DNA from: Candidatus Thorarchaeota archaeon
GTDB lineage: Archaea > Asgardarchaeota > Heimdallarchaeia > Hodarchaeales > Hodarchaeaceae
Length of the DNA: 32,000 nt
Assembly (NCBI GenBank): GCA_048882505.1
Contig: JBHLRO010000009.1
Coordinates: 1-32,000, forward strand
Direction: 5' to 3'
The position numbers and the translations under genes are program-made. Shown here in pieces: positions 17,832 to 26,994 of this stretch. The notes beneath the pieces were generated by a model that made no database searches, had not been told where the DNA came from, and saw only the letters and a list, made by a program, of their open reading frames with translations. How positions within the stretch are numbered: the stretch's first letter is position 1; each line of letters begins with the position of its first letter.

Positions 17832-18035
17832 CTATTTTGTTGATGCCAAACGGATATCAGACTCTTTAACGGTCTTACGTCCAGAGTGTTTGGCAATCTC
17901 AACGGCATATTTGGCAATAGCCATGCCTTTGTCCGTGAGAATCTCGTTTAGACGATTGATAGCATCTGCTGAAACTCGATGAGCGCCAGCATCACGAATA
18001 ACTTTCTCTACTCGTGCACGTGCAAAACCAGACAT
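17832..18035 (-). CDS. Archaeal histone (HMf-like, 67 aa, no tail)
   Basis: ARVEKVIRDAGAHRVSADA...AKYAVEIAKHSGRKTVKESDI histone fold; AGGTG RBS upstream. Confidence 0.96.
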   Translation of the reverse strand: MSGFARARVEKVIRDAGAHRVSADAINRLNEILTDKGMAIAKYAVEIAKHSGRKTVKESDIRLASTK

Positions 18036-18131
18036 TTTTCTTTACACCTTTTCTCCTAGTGTTGTTTTTAGTAGTTGATTTTTGGTCGTGAGCGTTTTTT
18101 ATCGCTCACACGAGGCAAAATATATGTACGT

Positions 18132-18139
18132 CTTATAAA
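18132..18139 (-). promoter_or_regulatory. Candidate TATA box of the histone gene
   Basis: Minus strand TTTATAAG about 100 nt upstream of the ATG. Confidence 0.45.
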
Positions 18140-18525
18140 GGTTACTCTAAGTTTCTTGTTCTATGATTGGTTGGAGGGGTATATACCAAGTCAACGATGG
18201 CCTCATGTCAACTCTAGCACTGGTTCTTGTTAACCCTAGCACTTAACCTCACCACCTTGATGAAGTGTGATTAATTCACATTGCAAAAGAATGAATCTTA
18301 CTCAATTTCTTCAAAATAATGAAGAAATGCCTTTTATTCTGGGATATCCACCCAAAAAATATTTCGTTCGTTTTCTAATATTACCCTATCTAATTTGGGA
18401 CGATTTAAACGAATTTATTGGTAATGAAAATCGGTCATTATCCTTTGGGTAAGGGTGAAGAAAAACGAAGTTAAATCAGAGAAAATTTATGAAGGAGATA
18501 CTAGGGGAATCATTTGGTATTCTCG

Positions 18526-19875
18526 ATGTCTTTACGTGAGAATCGCTTTTTTCTTGGCATCCTCATTCCGTTGTTTTATGAGGTGGGCTTAATTCAAGCC
18601 TACCTTCTATTTATGGCTGACAGATTCGAGTCTTTTTTGTTATTACCAATCTTTCTGCTTGCCTTTCCCGCATTCATTCTATATATTGGATCACCATATC
18701 TTATACTAAGAATCACACGAGCACCTGAACAATATAAAGCGGTGCTAGGGCAGAATATTGACAAAATATTTTTCTTAAAGAAGATTGATCTGGAAAAGGA
18801 AACTAAAGAAGAGCTAAAAACCAGCATTCACAAGGAATTGCTCCCAGAACTAATAAAGGTGTTTCGTCGGGGTTATATTGATTCCTATTTTACCCGAAAC
18901 GATGATATACCAGTCGAACGTATGCTAAGTATGAGGGAAGCATTGTTCCTTCTCGCTATAACTTTTGGGATTCTAAATTTACTAAATGTGATAACGGTAG
19001 TGTATTTGCATTTTGGTTCCATCGACCTAGATTTTCTGTTTATCGATCAAATAGTAAACCCAATAAACGTCATATTCTTTGCAGGACTATTTGGATTCTT
19101 TGTTATTCTTTCTTTGACTCTATTTTTCCATTCAAAAAGGAACTTGGGCAATTTGATTGGTATCTGTAGCTACAACCTCTCTCAAGAGGCCTACACCCAT
19201 GATATTGCAATCCGAACTCGCCAAATTGAACTCGATTCAGTACGTAGATTTCCATTGGATGACAAGATCGGCCACAAACTGGCTGCAAATTGGGATTTGG
19301 TTGCGCGCCTCTATTATGAATTTATCGAATCTCATATCAACGAAGAGATGCGTGATTATGCCCGCCAAGAGGTAGCAAGAACCCTTGTTCTAGAGCAGTA
19401 CTCTAAAATGCTTAATCGATTAGATTTACCTGAAGAAAAGAAGAAAGAACTGGAACTCCAGTTCTATCTTGGCCAGGGTATGACAGAAGCGATCAGTGAA
19501 ATCGTTGATTCCGAAGAGGAAACCGAATCCATCAAGCTGGATGTATTGTATGCCAACAAGAAACTTGAAACCTGGGAGGATATTGGAAATGATGAACGAG
19601 TATCCACCTTCCTCTTCAGCTGGCGGTCAACTGAAACGCTGTTTCGTCAACTTTTATGGCAGCGGAAGGCATATCCCACAGATGATCCGACCTGGCCAGC
19701 AATCGTTAACAGCTTGCTGCGAGAAAAACTTCTCACGATGAATGAGAATAAACAGCTAAAACAAATACGTCTGCGGCGAAATGCTATGCTTCATCGATCC
19801 CAAGATCGATTTGTGAGTAAGGAGGATATGGAAAATCTTCTTACGATTCTCCAGAAAGTGTTGGATCGGGTTTAG
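18526..19875 (+). CDS. 4-TM membrane protein with C-terminal HEPN-like domain (start ATG 18526 or TTG 18514)
   Basis: Four hydrophobic helices in a 2+2 arrangement; acidic helical linker; C-terminal SWRSTETLFRQLL...RRNAMLH (RNxxxH). Confidence 0.75.
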   Translation: MSLRENRFFLGILIPLFYEVGLIQAYLLFMADRFESFLLLPIFLLAFPAFILYIGSPYLILRITRAPEQYKAVLGQNIDKIFFLKKIDLEKETKEELKTSIHKELLPELIKVFRRGYIDSYFTRNDDIPVERMLSMREALFLLAITFGILNLLNVITVVYLHFGSIDLDFLFIDQIVNPINVIFFAGLFGFFVILSLTLFFHSKRNLGNLIGICSYNLSQEAYTHDIAIRTRQIELDSVRRFPLDDKIGHKLAANWDLVARLYYEFIESHINEEMRDYARQEVARTLVLEQYSKMLNRLDLPEEKKKELELQFYLGQGMTEAISEIVDSEEETESIKLDVLYANKKLETWEDIGNDERVSTFLFSWRSTETLFRQLLWQRKAYPTDDPTWPAIVNSLLREKLLTMNENKQLKQIRLRRNAMLHRSQDRFVSKEDMENLLTILQKVLDRV

Positions 19876-19906
19876 TCTGGTTAGAGCGGTAAATATCGGA
19901 ATTTCC

Positions 19907-20809
19907 TTAAAGAAAGAACATCCCCTTTGCAGTCAGGCGGACGTGCCCGCTCACTGTCACCCTAGTTATTTCCGGCCCATCGTAATGGCATGTTGCATAT
20001 AATTGGCTCGGTCGGTTAATTTCGTAACCTTGCTCACTGACAATCTCAGTTCCTTTCTGATGATTGGAGAGAACTTCATGAAACTCCAGGTAAGCTGCTA
20101 GAGGCCCTGCTGCGCTACCAGTTGCGGGATCTTCGGGTACTCCCGCTTCTGGTGCAAACATACGAACGTGGATATCAGAGTCAGAATGAACCGTTTCTCT
20201 ACAAAATGTCAGTAGTTCCCGTGAAGGAAAGTTTTGTAGGGCAACAAGTCTCGCAGCATTAAAATTGATTGCCCGAATAGCCGATAAAGACCGAATAGGG
20301 ACGATTAGGTACGGAAACCCAGTAGAGACAAACTGGGGCGCCCATTCATCTGAGATCTGTTCCTGAGAGATCCCTAGGATTTCAGCTAATATCGATCGAT
20401 CAGGAAAATCATCCAGAAATTCAGGTTTACGTTGTTTCATTCTCACCAGATCTGGATCCTGGAAAGATACAGGAGTCGGCCCGATACCAAGTTCCAAACA
20501 TGCCTCATCTTCAGAAGAGCTAATTATACCCATGTGACGTAAAACAAAGGCAGTTCCTAGGGTAGGATGCCCTGCAAAGGGAATTTCACGTCCTGGAGTG
20601 AAAATTCGAACCTTTCGCACGCATTTAAACTTCTGGGGGGGTAAAACAAACGTGGTCTCTGAAAATGCCATCTCCCGAGTAATTCCCTGCATTTCTTCAT
20701 CTGTGAGATCATTTTCAGCCAGTTCCCCAAATGTTGCCAGCTGATTCCCAGAAAAGGTATACCGATCATCGGTAAACACACTCGTTTGGATATATTCATA
20801 GGTACGCAT
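19907..20809 (-). CDS. PhzF-family isomerase/epimerase
   Basis: VFTD...GNQLA, FSETTF, RIFTPGREIPFAGHPTLGTA, VSTG, RMFAP..GVPEDPATGSA, EQG..INRPS. Confidence 0.95.
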   Translation of the reverse strand: MRTYEYIQTSVFTDDRYTFSGNQLATFGELAENDLTDEEMQGITREMAFSETTFVLPPQKFKCVRKVRIFTPGREIPFAGHPTLGTAFVLRHMGIISSSEDEACLELGIGPTPVSFQDPDLVRMKQRKPEFLDDFPDRSILAEILGISQEQISDEWAPQFVSTGFPYLIVPIRSLSAIRAINFNAARLVALQNFPSRELLTFCRETVHSDSDIHVRMFAPEAGVPEDPATGSAAGPLAAYLEFHEVLSNHQKGTEIVSEQGYEINRPSQLYATCHYDGPEITRVTVSGHVRLTAKGMFFL

Positions 20810-21163
20810 CTTTTGAACCTTATAAATTCCCAGATTAATTTTGGAAAGCGTCTCTCTCTCTTGAGCAGCTGCGGTAATCAGAACACCAAAGATGTTTTGA
20901 TGACCTAGACCAAAAAGCTAGAAAGTCCTTTAAAAAAACAATGTTTGGCCATTCATATTAAAACCATAAACTTTGATCTATCATAGTTCCCAGAATTGGA
21001 TGCAATATTTTCTTCTGGATCCCACGATATAATATCGCAGATAATGCCCCCTGATTGAGTTTGAATCAAGATGAAAAGGAGACTGAACTAGATCGTTACA
21101 GGACAGACTTCTCTATGAATAGATCGTTCGAATTCGTACCAGCCAGAAAGTACAGGATGCCAC

Positions 21164-22045
21164 ATGACTCCTGAGAGCAATAACGATTCAAAAAATCTCC
21201 AAGCTCGGAGAAACACTCTAAATGATTTAACAGGAAAGCAATGGGTTCAATTAACAAAAAGTTGGTTTACCCTCAAAGTTCGGCCACGTTCCAGCAGTGA
21301 ACTTTCTCATCCTGGGAAATTTCCGAGTGAGCTCGTTTCCCGATTCCTTAGTTTCTTCACGAAAAAACATGGGTGGGTGATAGATCCGTTCCTGGGTTTG
21401 GGAAGTACCTTGCAGGCGTGTAGACAGCTCGAACGTAATGGAATTGGAATTGAACTCAATCCAGTATATGTCAAGGCCGCAAAGAAAAATCTCGCCCAGA
21501 AAAGCCTATTCGGCACAACAGAGCAAACGATTCTGCAAGGAAACGCGTTGGAGTTAGATATCCTTTTAGAGCGGTATTCGGAAAAGGTCGGTACTGAAAT
21601 CAAATTTGATTTTTGTATGACGTCTCCTCCCTACTGGAGTATGCTGAACAAACATAGAGGAGGCTCAGAATCTCAGCATAGGGATCGTAAAGAGAAGGGA
21701 TTACCCCTAGTATATAGTAAGGACCTCCAGGATGATATTGGAAACATAGAAGGGTACAATGAGTATCTTGAAAAGGTTTTCAGCGTATTTCACAAGCTGA
21801 AACCATTTATGAAAGAAAAAGGCTACCTTGTTGTAATCCTTCAAAATATTCGCGATGAATTCGGAAATTTCGTCCCGATAGCCTGGGACTTCTCGAACCT
21901 TATGAAAGAACTCTATGTTCGCAGACAGGAGCAAATTTGGTGCCAGACGGATAAAAAACTAGGAATCTGGGGATATCCGACCACATATGTGGCCAACGTC
22001 CACCATCACTATTGTTTGATTTTTCAAAAGCAAAAAAAACCCTAA
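21164..22045 (+). CDS. Amino-DNA methyltransferase (probably N4-cytosine); no cognate nuclease nearby
   Basis: HPGKFP, DPFLGLGST (SAM motif I), GIELN, TSPPYW (motif IV); motif I precedes motif IV. Confidence 0.85.
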   Translation: MTPESNNDSKNLQARRNTLNDLTGKQWVQLTKSWFTLKVRPRSSSELSHPGKFPSELVSRFLSFFTKKHGWVIDPFLGLGSTLQACRQLERNGIGIELNPVYVKAAKKNLAQKSLFGTTEQTILQGNALELDILLERYSEKVGTEIKFDFCMTSPPYWSMLNKHRGGSESQHRDRKEKGLPLVYSKDLQDDIGNIEGYNEYLEKVFSVFHKLKPFMKEKGYLVVILQNIRDEFGNFVPIAWDFSNLMKELYVRRQEQIWCQTDKKLGIWGYPTTYVANVHHHYCLIFQKQKKP

Positions 22046-22212
22046 TCGGGTTGAATTACGACCAAACTCCAAGAATATCCACAATGGGGACAACAGACAT
22101 GCTGGCAACTATCGCTATTACTGCCACATAGCTTACAGGTAAACATTTGTCCTGAATCTTTCTGGAAGCGCCGGGTACATCGGGGGCATTCAATTATTCT
22201 TTCAGGTGACAT
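22042..22212 (-). CDS. 56-aa Cys-rich microprotein absent from the ORF track
   Basis: Hand translation: MSPERIIECPRCTRRFQKDSGQMFTCKLCGSNSDSCQHVCCPHCGYSWSLVVIQPD*; 8 Cys; stop overlaps the convergent methyltransferase stop. Confidence 0.75.
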   Translation of the reverse strand: MSPERIIECPRCTRRFQKDSGQMFTCKLCGSNSDSCQHVCCPHCGYSWSLVVIQPD

Positions 22213-22622
22213 TTCTTCCAAGGAATTAACCTCATTTTTCTAAAGCTAGAATTAATTTGATAACCGGACTTCAGTCAGCAGTTAAGATATTTAAAGTCTA
22301 CCTTTACAAATGTGAATTCTACGTCACTCTCAACTTGACTATTGAAAAGATGCTCTTTTTTTCTTGAAAAAGATAATGCACGAAGATTAATCAGCTATTT
22401 TTCCTAATGGAGGCATTTTTGACTCTAGAACCGTTTTTTGACCAAGATCTTACTCTCATATGGTGAAAGATTTACCCCTCGCACTTCTCCATTTATACAC
22501 GGTGTTGAATGGGGCGATTGCCCTTTTGCGGAACAATTATTCAATCTACCTTTTAATATATCGGTCAAAGAAGACAGGTAAAGCAACTTAGAGTTGCATA
22601 CGTTTTTTTTGCGAGGTGCCTA

Positions 22623-24884
22623 ATGATGAAATTTCACAAAATATTATTCCTTATTCTTTTTTTTTCCGTTTTAGGTTTTCTCCATTCCCCCTCTGCGCCT
22701 CAAATGACAAAAGGGATCCTGGAAGACGATCTTTTCGAGGATTTTGAAACAAAAGTGATTCCAACTTGGTCAGCGACGGGCCTATGGCATGTTGAAAACA
22801 ACTCTCTAAGTAACTATACCCTGGACTATGTGCCATCTGGTTCCCGTTATGCATGGTACGGTGATAATAGAACAGGTAATTATGACACAGGATCGAGGAC
22901 TGCGGGAAATTTAACTTCAGGAATCCTTAATTTAACTCCATTCTTTGATACTCAGATCTATCTTAGTTTCTGGAGTTGGGGTGACACCGAGTCGAATCTT
23001 AACTATGATCGGAAGGATCTTTATATCTCTCCGGATGCTGGGATTACCTGGACCCTCCTAGCAACTCTCAAGGCCACCCCTACGTGGGAACATTTTTCAG
23101 TTAATTTGACAGACTGGAACTGGTTAAACAGCGTCATGATTAGGTTCGCTTTTGATAGTATCGATGGCTCTGTAAATTCGTATCGAGGCTGGTCAATTGA
23201 CGATGTGGCGATAAGGCCCGGAAAACCTCCTCTTTCAGGATATTTTGATCTCAATATTGTTCAAGAAAGTTCAGCGATAGTAAACGAAACTAAAGGTATG
23301 ACTTTTACCGCCGTTCCTCATTTTAATCAAAATATTTTGGCAAATGTCTCCGTTGTGGTTGAAACTCCAAGTAGCTCGTTCAATACCATATACTCCCAAG
23401 ACCTCATCACCTTTACAGATCTTGCGCTTTGGACCCTCTTTCAAAACTATACCTTTGCAGAGGCAGGACATTATGCAGTTTATTTCAACATGACTGACGA
23501 ATTTGGGAGAACTTGGCATCAAAACTCCGAGTGGGTTGTTATTGAAGGTTATTACGACCTTTGGATAGATTCAACTTATAATCCAGGAATCTACGACATT
23601 GAAGAATTATCATTTTCGGCCCAGAGCTTCTTTGGGCGATCGACCCAAGTCAATATCACTATCACAATGGATACCCCTTCAACAGCTCTTACCCTGTTGT
23701 CACTCAATAAAACCACGATTCCACAAAATGGAATATGGCTATTCAATACTAGTTATAACTTCACTGAACTCGGCATGTATTACGTTTGGTTCACTTTGGA
23801 TGCAGATACTAACCAATCCTGGACGATATCGGATTATTCTTATGTCTATCAACGCTGGGATCTCTGGATTGAGCAGGATTGGGTTGCTCGACCTGGTGAA
23901 GGACGTGAGATGCGCTTCGTTCTCGATAGTAAATGGAACAGCTCCAAATCTGTAAACATAGAAATTTTGATTGAAACACCATTAGGATTCAACGATACTC
24001 TTCTCAATGACCCTACTGTGTTCATCCCCAGAAATGGATGGTGGGATCGAATATTATCCTACAACTTCAATGATAAGGGAACGTACACGGTTTATTTCAG
24101 AGTCGACGATGGTTCAGCTGTCGAATGGGCCACATGTATATGGGAAATCGGAGACCTGAGCGTCTGGATTGAACAAGAAAATTATGCATTGATTGACACA
24201 GAAAAACCGATGAATTTCTTTGTTCAGAACTGGTTCGACACTCCCATGTTTGTTTCAATGGAAGCATGGATAGAACCATATGGCCAACCAACAGAGCTTC
24301 TTTTCTCAGAGTATAATATTCTGCTTGATCCCTTCGCTTCCTGGCAAAGGACACACTACTATACTTTCATCTATCCCGGCGATCATAAGGTAATATTCAA
24401 TGTCTGGAGTTCTGGACTAGAATGGTCTGCAGACAACTGGTGGTACGTGAGTTCAGATGACGGAATGGGCGATCCTATTCTAGATGTCGATTACCCCGAG
24501 GAAGTTAACGCAAACCAAACCTTCGAAGTTGTCGTTCACTACTATACGGGTTTCCGTTCTGAGACGTATATATCATATGTAAACATCACTTATGCAGATA
24601 GTGAAGCTCCCATTGCAGGCGGAGAATATCTTGTAGAGAACGTATTTCCCCCCGAAACCTCGACGAATTATACCTTAATCCTCACATTACCTCACACTGG
24701 CGAATTCACACTTAGAGCTGTGGTACATACCAACCAGGGTATCATGGAATATAAGTTCCTGATAAAAGTCCACGATGATTCCAATACTAATTCAGAGCCA
24801 AACATCTCTCCAGGCTTCGAGGCAATCTTTCTTTTCGTTCCCTTGTTAATGGTGACTATTACTCGCCGGAAACGGAATGGATGA
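22623..24884 (+). CDS. Secreted, membrane-anchored surface glycoprotein: signal peptide, MAM/adhesin-like beta-sandwich, 4-5 Ig-like repeats, PGF-CTERM-like anchor
   Basis: N-terminal hydrophobic signal; FEDFE...GWSIDDV domain; about 100-aa repeats; many N-x-S/T sequons; C-terminal ISPGFEAIFLFVPLLMVTITRRKR. Confidence 0.85.
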   Translation: MMKFHKILFLILFFSVLGFLHSPSAPQMTKGILEDDLFEDFETKVIPTWSATGLWHVENNSLSNYTLDYVPSGSRYAWYGDNRTGNYDTGSRTAGNLTSGILNLTPFFDTQIYLSFWSWGDTESNLNYDRKDLYISPDAGITWTLLATLKATPTWEHFSVNLTDWNWLNSVMIRFAFDSIDGSVNSYRGWSIDDVAIRPGKPPLSGYFDLNIVQESSAIVNETKGMTFTAVPHFNQNILANVSVVVETPSSSFNTIYSQDLITFTDLALWTLFQNYTFAEAGHYAVYFNMTDEFGRTWHQNSEWVVIEGYYDLWIDSTYNPGIYDIEELSFSAQSFFGRSTQVNITITMDTPSTALTLLSLNKTTIPQNGIWLFNTSYNFTELGMYYVWFTLDADTNQSWTISDYSYVYQRWDLWIEQDWVARPGEGREMRFVLDSKWNSSKSVNIEILIETPLGFNDTLLNDPTVFIPRNGWWDRILSYNFNDKGTYTVYFRVDDGSAVEWATCIWEIGDLSVWIEQENYALIDTEKPMNFFVQNWFDTPMFVSMEAWIEPYGQPTELLFSEYNILLDPFASWQRTHYYTFIYPGDHKVIFNVWSSGLEWSADNWWYVSSDDGMGDPILDVDYPEEVNANQTFEVVVHYYTGFRSETYISYVNITYADSEAPIAGGEYLVENVFPPETSTNYTLILTLPHTGEFTLRAVVHTNQGIMEYKFLIKVHDDSNTNSEPNISPGFEAIFLFVPLLMVTITRRKRNG
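23241..24770 (+). repeat. Internal protein-level tandem repeats (units starting at 23241, 23550, 23853, 24153, plus a divergent unit at 24471)
   Basis: Units of 100-106 aa sharing DL.I.Q...F...VN(I/V)....ETP...W...Y.F...G.Y.V.F; not conserved at the nucleotide level. Confidence 0.8.
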
Positions 24885-24912
24885 ATGAGACAGATCATTA
24901 AGGGTCAATCCC

Positions 24913-24934
24913 TTCCTTTTTTCCTTTTTTCTTT
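24913..24934 (+). terminator. Pyrimidine/oligo-T terminator candidate after the surface protein gene
   Basis: TTCCTTTTTTCCTTTTTTCTTT about 30 nt after the stop. Confidence 0.45.
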
Positions 24935-25036
24935 AATTTGGGGAGCATTAAGTTTACGAATTTCTTAGTAATTTCCTAAAAGAATCGGTTGCAAGACCAC
25001 CTATCACTCCTTAAAATCCTTCATGGGGGACTACTT

Positions 25037-26077
25037 GTGCCCGATTATATGATTGAAGTCAAGAACCTTACGAAAATTTTCGAGAAACAAGTATCACTGT
25101 TTGAAAAACTCCGCGGAAAACGAGAGCCCCAACGGCGTGTTGTTGCTTTAGATGATCTATCTTTTAATGTTGAAGCTGGAGCGTTCGTTGGTCTATTGGG
25201 TCCAAACGGGGCAGGCAAGACTACATTGATAAAATGTTTAACCACCCTATTACTCCCGACTTCGGGAGACTTTCTCATCAATAATTTTGCTCCCCATCAG
25301 AGTAACGAGATAAAGGCAAGCATAGGCGCTATGCTGATGGGAGAAAGAGGATTATATTGGAAATTAACTGGACGTGAAAATCTTGAATTTTTTTCTGCCC
25401 TTTATCATGTCCCTCCACAAGAAGCGAAGGATAGAATCCAAGCTGTTCTTGATTTACTGGCATTAAATGGTTTTGCAGATCGTCCTGTGGAGACTTACTC
25501 TTCGGGCCAGCGCATGAAATTCGCTTTTGCTCGAGCAATCGTGTCAGATCCTCCTATTCTTATTCTGGATGAACCTACCATTGCTATGGACGTACAAGGT
25601 GGAAGAGAACTCCGAAGATTTGTCATGGAGCTTCATGAAGCTGGGAAGACTATTCTGTACTCCAGTCACATTATGAACGAAATCGAAGAATTAACCTCCA
25701 ATGGTAGTGGGAAGGTTCTGATTATTGACCAAGGGAAGAAGCTTGCTTTTGAAACTCCAGATACATTGAAGGAATCCCTAAGTCAAGATGAAGTAATTGC
25801 CATTGAAGGAACGTTTCCTGAAGGGGAACATCTCCTTGAAAATATCCAAAAAATGGAAGGGGTTCGCAAGGCCGCTATGGTTATTAGTCCAGGAGATCGA
25901 GAAGAAATATCTATCCTAGTTGACGATGCCAAGGATCGTATGTCTGGAATTTTGGATATTATCACAAGCTCTAACGGGCGTATCAGCTTTATCAACCCGA
26001 CAGAAGTTTCCCTTGAGGATGTGTTCATTAACTACACCGGACGATCACTTTCCAAAGATACTTCAGTTCAAATTTAA
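25037..26077 (+). CDS. ABC exporter ATP-binding subunit (DrrA/NodI-like); start GTG 25037 or ATG 25049
   Basis: Walker A GPNGAGKTT, signature YSSGQ, Walker B ILILDEPT, H-loop SSH, C-terminal SLEDVF. Confidence 0.95.
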   Translation: MPDYMIEVKNLTKIFEKQVSLFEKLRGKREPQRRVVALDDLSFNVEAGAFVGLLGPNGAGKTTLIKCLTTLLLPTSGDFLINNFAPHQSNEIKASIGAMLMGERGLYWKLTGRENLEFFSALYHVPPQEAKDRIQAVLDLLALNGFADRPVETYSSGQRMKFAFARAIVSDPPILILDEPTIAMDVQGGRELRRFVMELHEAGKTILYSSHIMNEIEELTSNGSGKVLIIDQGKKLAFETPDTLKESLSQDEVIAIEGTFPEGEHLLENIQKMEGVRKAAMVISPGDREEISILVDDAKDRMSGILDIITSSNGRISFINPTEVSLEDVFINYTGRSLSKDTSVQI

Positions 26078-26095
26078 TCAAGGAGGGTACGATGC

Positions 26096-26983
26096 GTGTC
26101 ATTGACAAAGAATTTCTCATCTGGACGAGTAAATTCATCAAGTTTTTCTTCTAACTTTCAAGTAACAAGGCAGGTCTTCTTGGCTCGACTGCGAATATAC
26201 ACTCGTTATCGTGGCCAAGTTATCATGTCCATCATTGTACCCGTGATGGTTGCATCTCTTCCAATATTAATGGGAGTATCAATTGCTGGGACAGCCGAAG
26301 AAGCACAAATACAGTTTAAAGCGATCACAGGGACAGGGAACTACATTGGCTATATTTTGGTGGGAACCTTGTTCTTTAACTTGGTATCGAATTCCTTTTG
26401 GAATTTTGGATATTGGTTACGCCGTGAGCAGATGCAAGGAACACTGGAAACACTTTATGCAAGCCCCACCCGTAGAATTTGGCTTCTTGTGGGGACATCA
26501 TCTTATGTTATGGTTCGGAACAGTTTCACGTTCTTCGCGGCAATGATTCTGGGGAGTATTGTATTTGGACTTTCCCTTTCAACCTTTTTACAACCTACAT
26601 TGCTTCTTGCGCTTTTTATTTATCTCGTAGGAATGATTCCACTTTTCGGGCTCTCCCTCATTTTCGGTGCTGCCGTTCTCAGGGTTAAAGATGTGGATTC
26701 ACTCATCAATGTTACAACGTTCCTCCTCAGTTTTCTTCTTGGAGTATTTTTCCCTGTAACAGTTCTTCCCCCCCTAATTCATTTCCTTAGTTTGATTATT
26801 CCTATAACTTGGGTAAACAATTTAATTAGAGCGGTCCTCTTTGACGCGAATTATTTCCTTGATTTTTATTTGGATTTTGGGATAATCCTTCTCTTCGCAG
26901 TCTTGGTGCCTATATTCGCTTTCCGGCTCTTTGCCAGAGTAGAGAAAGGACTTCAAAAACAAGAGGGCTTTTCAAGTTATTGA
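26096..26983 (+). CDS. ABC-2 type transporter permease; GTG start
   Basis: About 6 TM helices; RREQMQGTLETLYASP motif; LGVFFPV..LP; AGGAGG RBS. Confidence 0.9.
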   Translation: MSLTKNFSSGRVNSSSFSSNFQVTRQVFLARLRIYTRYRGQVIMSIIVPVMVASLPILMGVSIAGTAEEAQIQFKAITGTGNYIGYILVGTLFFNLVSNSFWNFGYWLRREQMQGTLETLYASPTRRIWLLVGTSSYVMVRNSFTFFAAMILGSIVFGLSLSTFLQPTLLLALFIYLVGMIPLFGLSLIFGAAVLRVKDVDSLINVTTFLLSFLLGVFFPVTVLPPLIHFLSLIIPITWVNNLIRAVLFDANYFLDFYLDFGIILLFAVLVPIFAFRLFARVEKGLQKQEGFSSY

Positions 26984-26994
26984 GGTAATTCACG

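Noticed and set aside
17725-17982. 85-aa plus-strand Lys-rich ORF
   Set aside because: Antisense to the histone gene; the Lys run is the complement of the histone terminator T-tract.
18266-18280. TGTGA-N5-TCACA palindrome resembling a CRP site
   Set aside because: The spacer is 5 nt rather than 6, it occurs once, and no CRP-family gene is in the window; could be chance.
18267-18452. 61-aa intergenic ORF upstream of the TM-HEPN gene
   Set aside because: AT-rich, GTG start, no RBS or motif; probably non-coding promoter DNA, though it cannot be fully excluded.
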